Shown here piece by piece: positions 27,063 to 38,799 of a stretch of 64,000 nt of DNA; within the stretch, counting starts at the first letter, position 1, and every line of letters begins with the position of its first letter. Source of the DNA: Ranitomeya imitator (taxonomy: Eukaryota); NCBI RefSeq assembly GCF_032444005.1, contig NC_091289.1:20336001-20400000 (forward strand). The letters run 5' to 3'. Under the pieces are notes generated by a model, which was not told where the DNA came from, searched no databases, and saw nothing but the letters and a program-made list of their open reading frames with translations. A program made the translations under genes and the position numbers.

Positions 27063-27089
27063 GTGCCACTACCCAAAGAGCTGGAGTAA
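27063..27089 (+). CDS. LMOD3: Leiomodin-3, coding exon 3 (VPLPKELE*)
   Basis: Acceptor tacaag|GTG in phase 0. Completes the WH2 C-terminus, like the short last exon of mammalian LMOD3. AATAAA at 27201. Confidence 0.88.
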   Translation: MPLPKELE

Positions 27090-27988
27090 CGGCTGGGCGT
27101 GAATGTAACGAAGACTCTTACATGTAGACCGCGAAAATAATAGTGACCTACTAAAGACAATGGGCAGACAGCTGAGAGTTCCATGGGATCAACACGGAAT
27201 AATAAAAGAGCGGGATGGACGGACGGATGGAGAGCGAATGCATCTGTGAAGCGCAGATTCCGACCGGGCACATCGGGACGTATTTATGTATTGCGAATGC
27301 AGGATGCACCATGATCGCGCTTCTGAGCTACCACTGATATTACCCTACCTTTTTTTTTCCTGTTTGTAAATAAATTACTTGGAAGCCGGATCCCCCTACT
27401 GATACTGTAGCATGCGGCATCATAAATATCTGGATTTCGGAGATGTGAAGGAAAGCGATGTTGACCACGAGAATGCTGGTTAGGACTTGGTACGGAACGA
27501 GGGCTTGGAGTCATCTCGAATTCCAGCTATCTAAACATTATTGATTAGGCATAACATAATCTACCAGTAGAAATCACTTTTAAAAGGTGTTGTCAGGTCT
27601 TAACCGGTTCTAATCTGTGGGAAGATCTTACGGAAGACCTTCAAACTTCCAACAAAGATGTAATTTTTGCTTGGTGTGAACGCCGCCGTTCTCCTGAATC
27701 CGGCGATGTTTTTTTGTTTGTTCCTGCGCCTCTCCGTTCCCGAGATATGGTCTCTTTTTTGGTATAAAGCTACTCTTTTTTAGACAAGTGGGTGCGGTCC
27801 ATAAGAAAAAGTTGAGGATCACACCCAGTTGGCTGAAAAAAAAAAAAAAAAAAGACTAAAATTACATACAGGGAAGAGGAGGCCATATCTCAGGAACGGA
27901 GAAGAGCAGGAACTAGAGAAAACCATCGCCGGATTCAGGAAAAGGGCGGCATTTACACCAGGCAAAAAACAAAAACAAAAAAACATTA

Positions 27989-28677
27989 AGGCTGTGTGCA
28001 CACGTTGCATTTTTTTCAGTTTTTCCCGATAAAAACGCTATAAAACTGCAAAAAAACCCGCATACAACAAGCATCCCATGATTTAGAATGAATTCCGCAT
28101 GTTTTGTGCACATGATGCGTTTTTTTTCCCGCTAAAAAAACGCATCGCGGTAATAAACGCAGCATGTTCATTAATTTTGCGGTTTTTTTTTTGCGGATTT
28201 CCCACTACAAAATGCATTGGGAAATGTCCGGAAAAAAACTCGTTGAAAACGCACCAAAACCGCAGCAAAAACGCGTCACAACTGCGGCAAAACCGCATGC
28301 GGATTTCTTGCAGAAAATGTCTAGTTTTTCTCAGGAATTTTCTGCGAGAAATCCTGAATGTGGCTCAGGATTCACGTTCAGGATTTCTCGCAGAATATTC
28401 CTGAGAAAAACTAGACATTTTCTGCAAGAAATCCGCAAGAAAACCGCATGCATTTTTGCCGCGTTTTTTCCCCGGATACTTCCCAATGCATTTGGTAGAG
28501 GGAAATCCGCGAAAAAAAAAACACGCAAAATTAATGAACATGCTGCGGTTTTTACGGAAAAAAACGCATCATGTGCACAAAACATGCGGAATTCATTCTA
28601 AATGATGGGATGCTTATTGTATGCGTTTTTATTGGGAAAAACCGCAAAAAAAAAAACGCAACGTGTGCACACAGCCT
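27989..28677. mobile_element. Palindromic Harbinger-like MITE
   Basis: Perfect 20-bp TIR aggctgtgtgcacacgttgc and largely self-complementary arms. Flanked by TWA-type trinucleotides (imperfect TSD). Confidence 0.8.
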
Positions 28678-29920
28678 TAGAATTCAGTTCACCTACAGCA
28701 CTACTAGTGCTACATATTTACCAGCAAAATTAATGGGCTGCCTGTGTAATGAACAAGTACGCCAGGTCTCAGAGAGGCTTTCACATAAACGAATGGTCCA
28801 AAGTTATTATTTCCTAGTATATACTTATATAGGTTGAAAAAAAAAAAGACATAGGTTGAATTTGACGGACCTTTCTCCACCATACATTTATATTGCCAAG
28901 TATTTTTTTTTAATATTTGCCATACGGTTTCAGAGATATGGGCTTTTTTTATTTAGTGCTAATTTGTATGGGGCGTGGCTCACCTATAGACACACCCCCG
29001 AGGATCCGGTCAGCAATGCTCGCTTCGTATTTGTGAGCCTCTAAATAAAAAGTCCCACATCTTTGGAACCATGTGGCGTATTTAAAAAATAAAATAAAAA
29101 ATAGAATATTAAGGGCAGTAACCTAAGGTCAAGCACTGGTCATTTCTGACCGGGTGACAGCTACTCTTGATCATCAATGACGTAAAAATTATTGCAAAGT
29201 TAAAACCCTCATATACATTGAACCTGAGGACATTCGGACTGGCCGGCAACACATGGATGCTTTCTTTGTAAACAGCACCACACTAGTCTTCAGGTCGGCT
29301 GTGGAATTGCAGCTCATCTCAGTACACAATAGAGTGGTAGATTTTGCTTTTGCGCCCGGATAAAAAGATGGAACGGAGACCAAAAAGAGAGCACAAATTA
29401 ATTGTCTGCCTCTTTGTAGGCAAGAGCTCCACTGAGAGATGACTGTGCTATACATACTAGATAATAATATGACCCGGGCATGGCATCAGTCAACAAAGAT
29501 GAACGAGCGTCACCAGAACTGATCTATACGTCCGAATAAAACGGGACAGCGGAACATTTGGAGATCTGTACAGGTTCCATACTAGAATGTGGACACCATC
29601 ATCATCATCATGGACAGAGCTCAGGCCGGGCAGGAGAAGAAGAGGACACCATAGATCCAAGATATAAAAACTAGAAGGAATGTTTGAAGGCAATAGAAAC
29701 CCTCAGATGTCTCCTCGTGTTTGGTACCAAGCACCAACGGCCTCAGCACATCTGGAAACAAGAGGAGGTGAAACCTGACAAGAAGCAGATGGTCCACAGA
29801 CATATGGCCACTGAGGAGGAGAACGGCTCATGTGCCGGATCCGGAAGAGCATTCTGTAAGTGATTGTGAATGAAATGATATCGGAGTCGTCGCAACATTT
29901 ACTGTTTATACAGAAATCTC

Positions 29921-30482
29921 ATTTACACAGTGATTGCACCAGCAGAATCGTGAGTGCAGCTCTGGGGTATAATACAGGATGTAACTCAGGATCAGTAATG
30001 TAATGCATGTACACAGTGACTGCACCAGCAGAATAGTGAGTGCAGCTCTGGGGTATAATACAGGATGTAACTCAGGATCAGTAATGTAATGTATGTACAC
30101 AGTGACTGCACCAGCAGAATAGTGAGTGCAGCTCTGGAGTAGAATACAGGATGTAACTCAGGATCAGTAATGTAATGTATGTACACAGTGACTGCACCAG
30201 CAGAATAGTGAGTGCAGCTCTGGAGTATAATACAGGATGTAACTCAGGATCAGTAATGTAATGTATGTACACAGTGACTGCACCAGCAGAATAGTGAGTG
30301 CAGCTCTGGAATATAATACAGGGTGTAACTCAGGATCAGTAATGTAATGTATGTACACAGTGACTGCACCAGCAGAATAGTGAGTGCAGCTCTGGGGTAT
30401 AATACAGGATGTAACTCAGGATCAGTAATGTAATTTATGTACACAGTGATTCCATCAGCAGAATAGTGAGTGCAGCTCTGGA
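29921..30482 (-). repeat. Second array of the 86-bp satellite (about 6.5 copies, inverted)
   Basis: Reverse complement of the 10553-14722 unit. Confidence 0.95.
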
Positions 30483-31184
30483 GGATAACACTGAATGAGC
30501 ACAGGATAAATGATATAGCGTGATTTGCGAAGTTATTTCAAACCTTTTATTTATTGTTATGGAATATGGCTTCAGGGTAAATCAGAGACCGGTCTGTCAA
30601 GTTACACTTTTCTGTTTGTGTAGTATCAGGAGCCTCAGTGTATCCCACATAGAATGAAAATCCTTTCTGACAAATTTCTTTATTTTTCTTACTTAAAATA
30701 AGCCAGTGCCTAAGGGTGGAGAAATCAGTCAGTGCTGCCCTCGAATCCCAGAGTGACAGTGGTTGTTGTTGGGATACGGCCCCTATAGACGGCGGTCGTT
30801 CCCAGTCTCCCATGGCAGGTGAGGGGCGTTATAGAGCGCAGCTCCGGAGGGGCCTCAGATGAACGCCGCCATATACCCATACCTCAGCCATTGACTACAG
30901 CATTGTAAGAAGAAAAAGCCGGATTACGTACCGGTAATGCTCTTTTAATGAGCCACGACAGCACCCACTTTGAGAGAGTGACCCGCCCATAGGAACAGGA
31001 AACCTACAGAGATAAAAAGGGCGGTCCCCCTCTCCTCCTCACTTGTTTTTCAGAGTACGAGAGGAACCGCCGTTGTTAAAATTAGTGTACATCCTTAATT
31101 ACAAGTATATCTTATATCTATAATCACCCATGCGAATATTTTAGTATTAATAAACATACATATCTACAAGGGTGGGAAGTGACA

Positions 31185-31270
31185 GGGTGCTGTCGTGGCT
31201 CATTAAAAGAGCATTACCGGTACGTAATCCGGCTTTTTACCCTTCGCCACGACAGCACCCACTTTGAGAG
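31185..31270. repeat. DIRS internal complementary region (ICR)
   Basis: 31185-31238 is the exact reverse complement of 30913-30966, and 31235-31270 is the exact reverse complement of 36179-36214. The two halves meet at a shared T-run (ggctttttaccct). Confidence 0.95.
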
Positions 31271-31285
31271 ACTTTCAGAGAACCT

Positions 31286-32845
31286 TCACCTGGGTGGGAT
31301 TACCGTACTAAGGACGGCTCTCCCGAATGCCAAGTCAGATGTGGAAGACAGATCAAGTCTATAATGTCTATAGAAAGTAGAAGGCGACGACCAGGTTGCG
31401 GCCTTACATATGAGCTCGATGGAGATGTCTTTGTTCTCCGCCCACGAGGATGATACAGCTCGAGCTGAATGCGCCTTTACTCCCTCTGGAGGATCTTTGC
31501 CTTTTGACAAGTATGCAAGACAGATGGCATCTTTGATCCATCGAGACAAGGTAGCTTTTGTGACCCCGTAGCCTTTTCGATGACCCTGAAAAGAGACAAA
31601 CAGAGCCCTACTCTGTCTGTAGGACTGAGTTCTCTCTATGTAGCTCAGGACCGCTCTTTTTACATCCAACATATGTAGCATCTCCTCCTCTGAATTTGTT
31701 GGATGATCATAAAAGGAAGGAAGAAAAATTTCTTGGGATCTATGGTATTTTGTAGCTACTTTAGGGAGATATGAAGGATCGGGTTTAAGAACTACTCTGT
31801 CCTGATATGTCATTAGGAACGGAGGATCTATGGAAAGAGCTTGGATATCTCCCACTCTTCTGGCAGAGGTCAAGGCTATTAATAAGGCTACCTTGTAAGT
31901 AATATTTTTTAGAGGGATAGAATGCAAGGGCTCAAAGGGAGGTCCCGTTAAGGCATCTAGCACTAAATTCAAATCCCAAGGAGGTAAACGTGGGACATGT
32001 ACTGGTGTACATCTTTCACATGCTCTAATAAATCTTTTAACCCATTTATTACCAGCAATATTAGCGCTATAAAGGGCTCCCAGGGCAGATACCTGAACTC
32101 TCAAAGTATTGACTGATAACCCCAGCTCATGGCCTCTTTGTAAAAATTCAAGGATGGCTTTAATAGGAACCTTGCTGGAAAAAGGTTTCGTATAGAAGTC
32201 GAGGAATTTTGTCCATATTCTACTGTATATTATGGTCGTAGATTTTTTTCTGCTTAACAGTAGTGTGTTGATTAGCTTCTGAGAGAACCCTCTCAAAGTT
32301 AATATCTGCCTCTCAAGTTCCACGCCGTGAGGTGGAGGCCCTTCACTTGTGGATGGTAGAATGGACCTTGGGACAGCAGGTCTGGTGTCATTGGCAGAAT
32401 CCATGGATCGCAAACTGACATCGCTCGAAGACAGGAGAACCAGGGCCTCTTCGGCCAAAACGGGGCTATCAGAATCACCCTCGCTTTTTCTTCTCTTATT
32501 TTCTTGACCACCAAAGGAATTCGCATCATTGGTGGGAAAGCGTAGGCCAGATCGTAACTCCAAGGAAATTGGAGAGAGTCTATTATATCTGGGCGATCTG
32601 CCGGATTCAAGGAAGCAAACATCGGTACCTGCCTGTTGCTCCTGGTTGCAAACAAGTCTATTTGCGGAAGACCCCATATGTCCACTATGTTCTTGAATAT
32701 GCGAGGATTGAGGATCCATTCTCCCTGGCGGAGCATGTGACGACTTAGGAAGTCGGCCCTTAAGTTTTCTATTCCTCTGATATGGACAGCCATGAGAGAA
32801 AGGAAATTGGGTTCTGCTAGATTGAATATTTTTGCCGCTGAACAC
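31286..32845 (-). CDS. DIRS tyrosine recombinase (ORF3), open frame
   Basis: 519-codon open frame with catalytic R (TSARRVGD), HxxR (HSAR), W (ATW) and Y (RHYRLD). The N-terminal part overlaps the MT frame; the true start codon is uncertain. Confidence 0.9.
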   Translation of the reverse strand: MFSGKNIQSSRTQFPFSHGCPYQRNRKLKGRLPKSSHAPPGRMDPQSSHIQEHSGHMGSSANRLVCNQEQQAGTDVCFLESGRSPRYNRLSPISLELRSGLRFPTNDANSFGGQENKRRKSEGDSDSPVLAEEALVLLSSSDVSLRSMDSANDTRPAVPRSILPSTSEGPPPHGVELERQILTLRGFSQKLINTLLLSRKKSTTIIYSRIWTKFLDFYTKPFSSKVPIKAILEFLQRGHELGLSVNTLRVQVSALGALYSANIAGNKWVKRFIRACERCTPVHVPRLPPWDLNLVLDALTGPPFEPLHSIPLKNITYKVALLIALTSARRVGDIQALSIDPPFLMTYQDRVVLKPDPSYLPKVATKYHRSQEIFLPSFYDHPTNSEEEMLHMLDVKRAVLSYIERTQSYRQSRALFVSFQGHRKGYGVTKATLSRWIKDAICLAYLSKGKDPPEGVKAHSARAVSSSWAENKDISIELICKAATWSSPSTFYRHYRLDLSSTSDLAFGRAVLSTVIPPR

Positions 32846-34388
32846 ATGATCGTGTTCCGCCTTGCCGATTTAAATATGCGACGACAGTTGTGTTGTCCGA
32901 TCGGATTTTGACATGAGAACCACGAAGCTGGGGAAGAAAAAATTTTAAAGCATAATATACTGCATTTAGTTCTTTCCAGTTGGAAGATTGCTGAATCTCA
33001 AAAGAATTCCAGCGACCTTGGGCTATATTTTGATCCAGATGGGCTCCCCATCCCTCTGGGCCTGCGTCAGTAGTGAGTAATTTAGAGGATTTAATTGTCC
33101 ATGAGACTCCTCTGGACAAATGGTCTTTATTCAACCACCAAAGTAGTGATTGAAGCACCTCATTAGATAAGGTCATTTTTGTATTTAGATGTTCCTGAAA
33201 AATTGACTGGGCATGGAGTATCTGGTGTTGTAAAGCCCTAGTATGGTATTGGGCCCATTGAACCGCAGGAATGCAGGAGGAGAGTGAACCCAGGAGAGAC
33301 ATGGCCTCTCTAAGGGACATACGAGGACTAGATCTTGCTGCAACGACTTTTGAAATTATGATTGTTTTTTTGACTTCTGGTAAGAGACATTTTTGACTTA
33401 CAGAGTCCAAGAGTAGTCCTAGGAAGGACTGAAGAGATTCTGGATGCAGCCTTGATTTTTTGAAGTTTATAATCCAACCTAGAGCCTGTAATGATGAAAT
33501 GGTATTAGACAAGCGTTCTTCACACTGAGATGCTGAATTACCAATTATCAGGAAATCATCTAAATAGGGCACAATTAATGTGTCCTGATGACGTAGATAG
33601 GCCATCACCTCTAGCATTACTTTTGTGAAAATTCGAGGAGCCATAGAAAGGCCGAATGGCATGGCCGTAAACTGGAAGTGACGGACCCGGCCTTGTAGGT
33701 ATATCGCCACCCTGAGATATTGTTGGTGGTCTGCATGGATTGGAAGATGATAATATGCATCCTTTAGATCCAGCCCTGCCATAAAGCACCTAGGAAACAA
33801 AAGTTTTATGGTTGATCTTATTGACTCCATCTTAAAGGTATGCTCATGCAAAAAAGAATTTAATTTTTTTAGATTAATTATAGTACGAAAAGTACCATCT
33901 GGTTTCGGAACCAGAAATAAAGGGGAATAGAATCCCCTCCCTTTCTGACTGTATGGTACTTCGATGAGAACTTTCTTAGCCAAAAGGCTCAGAATTTCTA
34001 ACTGAAGCGCTTCTTGTTGGTCCGGCGCTTTTAATGATGTTAATACAAAGTTATCCTGTGGTAATTTACAGAAATCTAGTCTCAGTCCAGATTTTATTAG
34101 ACGGAGAATCCACCGATTTGATGTTATTTCCTCCCATTTATGATAAAAAAACTTCAGTCTGCCACCAACTGGGATTTCATTACTGATAGTATCGTCCCCG
34201 CCTAGATGTTTCGGGGTTACTATATACGGCACCTTTCGGTTTGGTGTCTTTTGATTCCCATCGGTCTTTTTGTGGCTCATACGGCCTCCTCCTGTTAAAT
34301 GGCCGTCTTCTAAACGCTCTCCTGTAAGAAGGAAGAAACTGTTTAGGGAAGCCCTTCCTTCTCTCTCCAGCTTTGTTAAGTAGGTCAT
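32299..34388 (-). pseudogene. DIRS pol: reverse transcriptase + RNase H + methyltransferase-like domain, frameshifted near 32850
   Basis: YLDD, TTDAG/WKEL/RSDN RNase H motifs, then in another frame HIRGIENLRADFLSR, IDLFAT and YAFPP. The frame switch follows GGTRS. Confidence 0.88.
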
Positions 34389-35691
34389 CTAGGACCTTTC
34401 CGAACAAGAACTCACCCTGGCATGGGATTGAACATAGTCTAGTTTTTGACTGAGCATCTCCCTTCCACCCTTTGAGCCAAAGGGCACGCCGAGCTGCATT
34501 AACCAGACCTGCTGACCTCGCTGCTAAACGGAGGGAGTCCGCTGAAGCGTCAGCCAAGAATGCCGTGGCACTTTTTATCAATGGCAAGGCTTGGAGGATT
34601 TTATCTCTTGAGACCTTGCCTTTTACTTGTTGCTCCAGTTGGTCTACCCAGACTAATAGGGACCTGGCTGTGCACGTGCCTGATATGGCCGGTTTGAAAG
34701 CTCCTGTATTCGTCTCCCAGGATCTTTTTTAAGGAGAGCCTCTGTTTTGCGGTCTAAGGGATCTAATAAGGTTCCTGCATCCTCCACCGGAAGAGATGAC
34801 TGTTTCGAGGTGGATGCCACAGCTGCATCAACCTTTGGGACTTTGGACCATACTGCTAGGTCCTCATCACTAAAGGGGTAACGTCTCTTAGAAGAGGACG
34901 GAAGAAACCCCTTCCCCTGTTTGTCCCATTCTTTCTTTACCAGGTCCTTAATGGCAGAGACTACTGGGAATGCTCGTCTCTTTTTATGACCCAGACCTGC
35001 AAACATAATATCCTCAGCAGTTTTGGCTCCTTTAGTGTCTGGGCACCCCATAGTATTTCTAATGGATTTTATAAGGTTGTCAATGCTTTCAACGGGAAAA
35101 CATGCTCCACCTTCATCGGAACTAGGAGATGATCCTGAGGTGTTGGATGATCGAATTAAGCCCTCTTCAGATTCTGAACTGGGGTCAGGAGACAGGTGTT
35201 TATTATCATGCTTTCTTAAGGACTCTGAGCCCAGAGACTGTATTTCCTGCCGTATTATGGCTCTAATACTGGTGGCCGTAACAGCTGCCTCATCCTGTAG
35301 GGTTTGGTTTACACAGGACTGACACAGCCTTTTAGGATATGTGTCGGGTAAGGGCTGCGTGCATAGAGCACATTCCTTATGTTTAGATTTGACGGTCTTC
35401 TTAGCCTAGGGGAGATCAGAGAAGGAAGGGATCAACTTATAGGTAGAGGAAAGTAACACTCACCCAGTGAAGCTGTCATTTCCATTGTCATACCGGTCTT
35501 GGAGGAGGAGACGCTGTGCGGGGTCTGAGTAGCGCTGTATCCGCACTCCTCTGCCTACTTTTGTGAGTGTCAGATCCATCCCTGGAACGACCACTCCTTT
35601 TAGCTGAAGTTTTTGAACTTTTAGCGCTGCTTTTATCAGCGCTGTCGCGTTCCACTACCAGTGGAAGCTCACTATCTGCCGGGAACGACAT
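34180..35691 (-). pseudogene. DIRS gag-like ORF (putatively spliced; frameshift in A-run near 34728)
   Basis: ATG at 35691, 66-codon first segment, putative intron 35493-35406, then an open frame with C-x2-C-x12-C-x2-C and LDRKTEALLK. The frame shifts to RSWETNTGAFKP...ARRALWLKGW...GEFLFG and stops at 34180. Confidence 0.75.
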
Positions 35692-37906
35692 ATTGAGCAC
35701 CAGCTCTGCGTCCCGGCTTCAATTTTGAATCGCGCGGCTCCCAGCAGCGCGCCGCCCACCGCGAACCGGAAGTGCTCCAACCACTTCCGGTTCAATGAAG
35801 CAGCGCAGACTTACTTGCGCGTCCAGGGTCGGCGCCGCTCTTAGCATACCCGGAACCGGCGCCCCATGCACACGCTCCCTCCGTAGGCCGGACTTCCACG
35901 CCCGGAACCTGCCGGCCAGCACTCAGACGAGGGGGGAGGCTGCATGCAGTGGCTCCCCCGCCGCTGCTTCTGATGCCGCAGCCCCTGCTGTCATCGAGAG
36001 AACCACGCAGGCGGCTGTATAGGCTCAGGTAGGCGAAAAACGAAAGCGGAGGTGCTCCAACCACCTCTATCTGTAGGTATTCCAGGGATTTCCGATAGGA
36101 ACAGGAAACCAACTGAGGAGGAGAGGGGGACCGCCCTTTTTATCTCTGTAGGTTTCCTGTTCCTATGGGCGGGTCCCTCTCTCAAAGTGGGTGCTGTCGT
36201 GGCGAAGGGTAAAATAAACACCAAATATTCCATTTTTTTGTCAGCTTTCAGTTTATTGTTAAGTGGCTTCTCGTTTCCCAAGCTTCCATACACGTGTGAC
36301 ATATTGCACTGATACCAGACCTTACACATGCATCGCTGATAGAAGTTCTGGCTTTTCTCGTTGCCGTCGAGTCAGTAACGCCTCGGCCCTAGCTAATACT
36401 ACAAGACCATATTATGTACAGCAAAAGTGTATATTAAGAAAGTACCTTATAAGAAAATCATTAAGAGCAAGCCACTGAAGTCAAAGGAGCGGTCCAAGAT
36501 TGGGGGGAAAAAGAAAATCAGTTTCTTAGGATTTCCAAGCTCCATACATCACATAGTGGTTGTGAATGGTACTACAAGCATTCTGATACAATGAATGGGT
36601 GGGGAGCTTGTAGTACCCTTCATGGCCACTAGACCATGTCATGAGCTATTGATCAATGAGTATGTCGGGAGCCTGGCACACATGGATCCGCTACCGACGA
36701 TCAAAATTAAAGTCCCGAAAACCTCCTTTACATCCAGCAAGAGTTTTCCCTTTCTTGCCTAAAGTTTTTGGCTGTAGAATATTTCCGCCGTATTTAAGAG
36801 GATTGCTGCTAAGAAATATCGCATTGAATCATAAGGGGCGGTGTTTACACTGCAGAATTTTTTTTTTTTTTTTTAGTATTTCAAACAGAAACCCTCCAGG
36901 AAATAACTTATTTAGGGATTTTTTGTTTTTTTTCATGAAGTTTTATTTTTTTAGCAGCCTGGCTGGTTTGGAGGCGCTTCCACCCACTCCCCGCTGCTCA
37001 AGAAGATGTTCTGAGGGGGAAAATAGTGAGTGTTTTTTGCAGCAGCTCTCCACCCCTGAATAACAAGGAGGGGTTTCTAATTAGGGGTCTAATTTCACAT
37101 TTTGTAGTGGTGAAGCAGGAATGATGACCGTAAAAAAAAAAAAAAAAAAAAATTGCAAATAAATAAGTCTCAATGGCCAACTGTTACACACGGCCAAGAT
37201 ATAGAGGGAGATCCTCCTGGGATGACCAGCGGAGAGGACCGCCCCCGAGGATCAGCTTTTTTTTTTTAGGCATTGCTGTATTCATCAGGTTAGTGGTCCT
37301 TGGAGGATTTTAAGTGACAAGTGAGGTCCGAAAACGTAGATTAGACTAATGTGACCTATGGCAGACATGACGGAGCAAAAAGCAGAGGTAGCATAAACGC
37401 AGACAATGGAGAAGCCATGTTACTAGAGAAGCTTTCGTTTTTCCTATTTCTTGTAGGTAAAGTGTCAAATGAACTAAAAGACTTAGATCAAAATCCCCGG
37501 GTCGCCCGTCCTAACCAAAAGTTTCTTTCAATTATAAGTCTCACCCCTCTCTACCACCCCTCTGGGAGCAGTAATGGCGACCAAGTAAACACAGAAAGGC
37601 TATTTCCTAGTTATTGCAGTAGTCTTCAACTCTTAAAGGGGTTGTCCATTGCCTAAATTCTTTAGGCAATTCTTTACATTGTGGACAATTCCTTTAACAA
37701 TGGAAAAAAAATAAAAATAAAAAGGACACCATTCTCACGCTCAGAATCCAGCCTATGCTCCAAGCATTTCCAATAAACCAGAAGAGATGAGGTCCTGACC
37801 ACCAGTAACTCGAGGGCCGAGGCCAGGGAGTAATTGTGGCATCACCATCTCGCCCGATCCGATCATAAATGGCTCCCTTCTGTGAAGTTTTACAGATGAA
37901 TATTAA

Positions 37907-38799
37907 AGGGAACCTGTCACCCCGTTTTTTCAGTACGAGATAAAAATACCGTTAAATAGGGCCTGAGCTGTGCGTTACTATAGTGTATTTTGTGTACCCT
38001 GATTCCACCCCTATGCTGCTGAAATAACTTACCAAAGTCACCGTTCGCCTGTCAATCAGGCTGGTCAGGTCATATGGGCGTGGCGACATCGCTGTTTCTT
38101 CCCCCAGATCTTGCATATATTTCCGTTGGTGGCGTAGTGGTTTGCGCATGCCCATCTTCTGAATCCACTGGGCAGGAGAAGAAAAAACGCATGATCGGCG
38201 CTATTTCCCTGGTGATCTGTGGAGGCGGCCATCTTCCTGAGGCCGCGCGTGCGCATGTGGAGTGCTCTGCTGCCCGGGGCTTAAATGGCCGCGGGATGCC
38301 GCGCGTGCGCAGATGGAGATTGTGGGGGCCATTTTCCTGAAGTTGAGATGCGAACTCGGCTTCAGGAAAATGGCCCCCGCGATCTCCATCTGCGCACTCG
38401 CGGCATCCCACGGCCATTTTCCTGAAGCCCCGGGCAGCAGAGGACTCCATATGCGCACGCGTGGCCTCAGGAAGATGGCCGCCCCCACAGATCACCAGGG
38501 AAATAGCGCCGATCGTGCGTTTTTTCTTCTCCTGCCCAGTGGATTCAGAAGATGGGCATGCGCAAACCACTACACCAACGGAAATATATGCAAGATCTGG
38601 GGGAAGAAACAGCGATGTCGCAACGCCCATATGACCTGTCCAGCCTGATTGACAGGCGAAAACGGCGACTTTGGTAAGTTATTTCGGCAGCTTAGGGGTG
38701 GAATCAGGGTACACAAAATACACTATAGTAACCCACAGCTCAGGCCCTGTTTAACAGTATTTTTATCTCGTACTGAAAAAACGGGGCGACAGATTCCCT
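37907..38799. mobile_element. T2/Kolobok-like MITE, near-perfect 0.9-kb palindrome
   Basis: TTAA at 37903-37906 and 38800-38803. Termini agggaacctgtc/gacagattccct. Both strands give near-identical ORFs. Confidence 0.85.

Larger units (their letters stand above)
30913..36214 (-). mobile_element. Full-length DIRS1-type tyrosine-recombinase retrotransposon
   Basis: 94-bp ITRs (30952-31045 / 36110-36203, 2 mismatches) with unequal terminal extensions, an ICR at 31185-31270, T-run termini and no TSD. Coding order gag, RT-RNaseH-MT, YR. Confidence 0.95.

Noticed and set aside
29170-29880. Unique-looking sequence with short ORFs downstream of LMOD3
   Set aside because: No recognisable domain or consistent splice pattern. 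It could be UTR or an unknown repeat.
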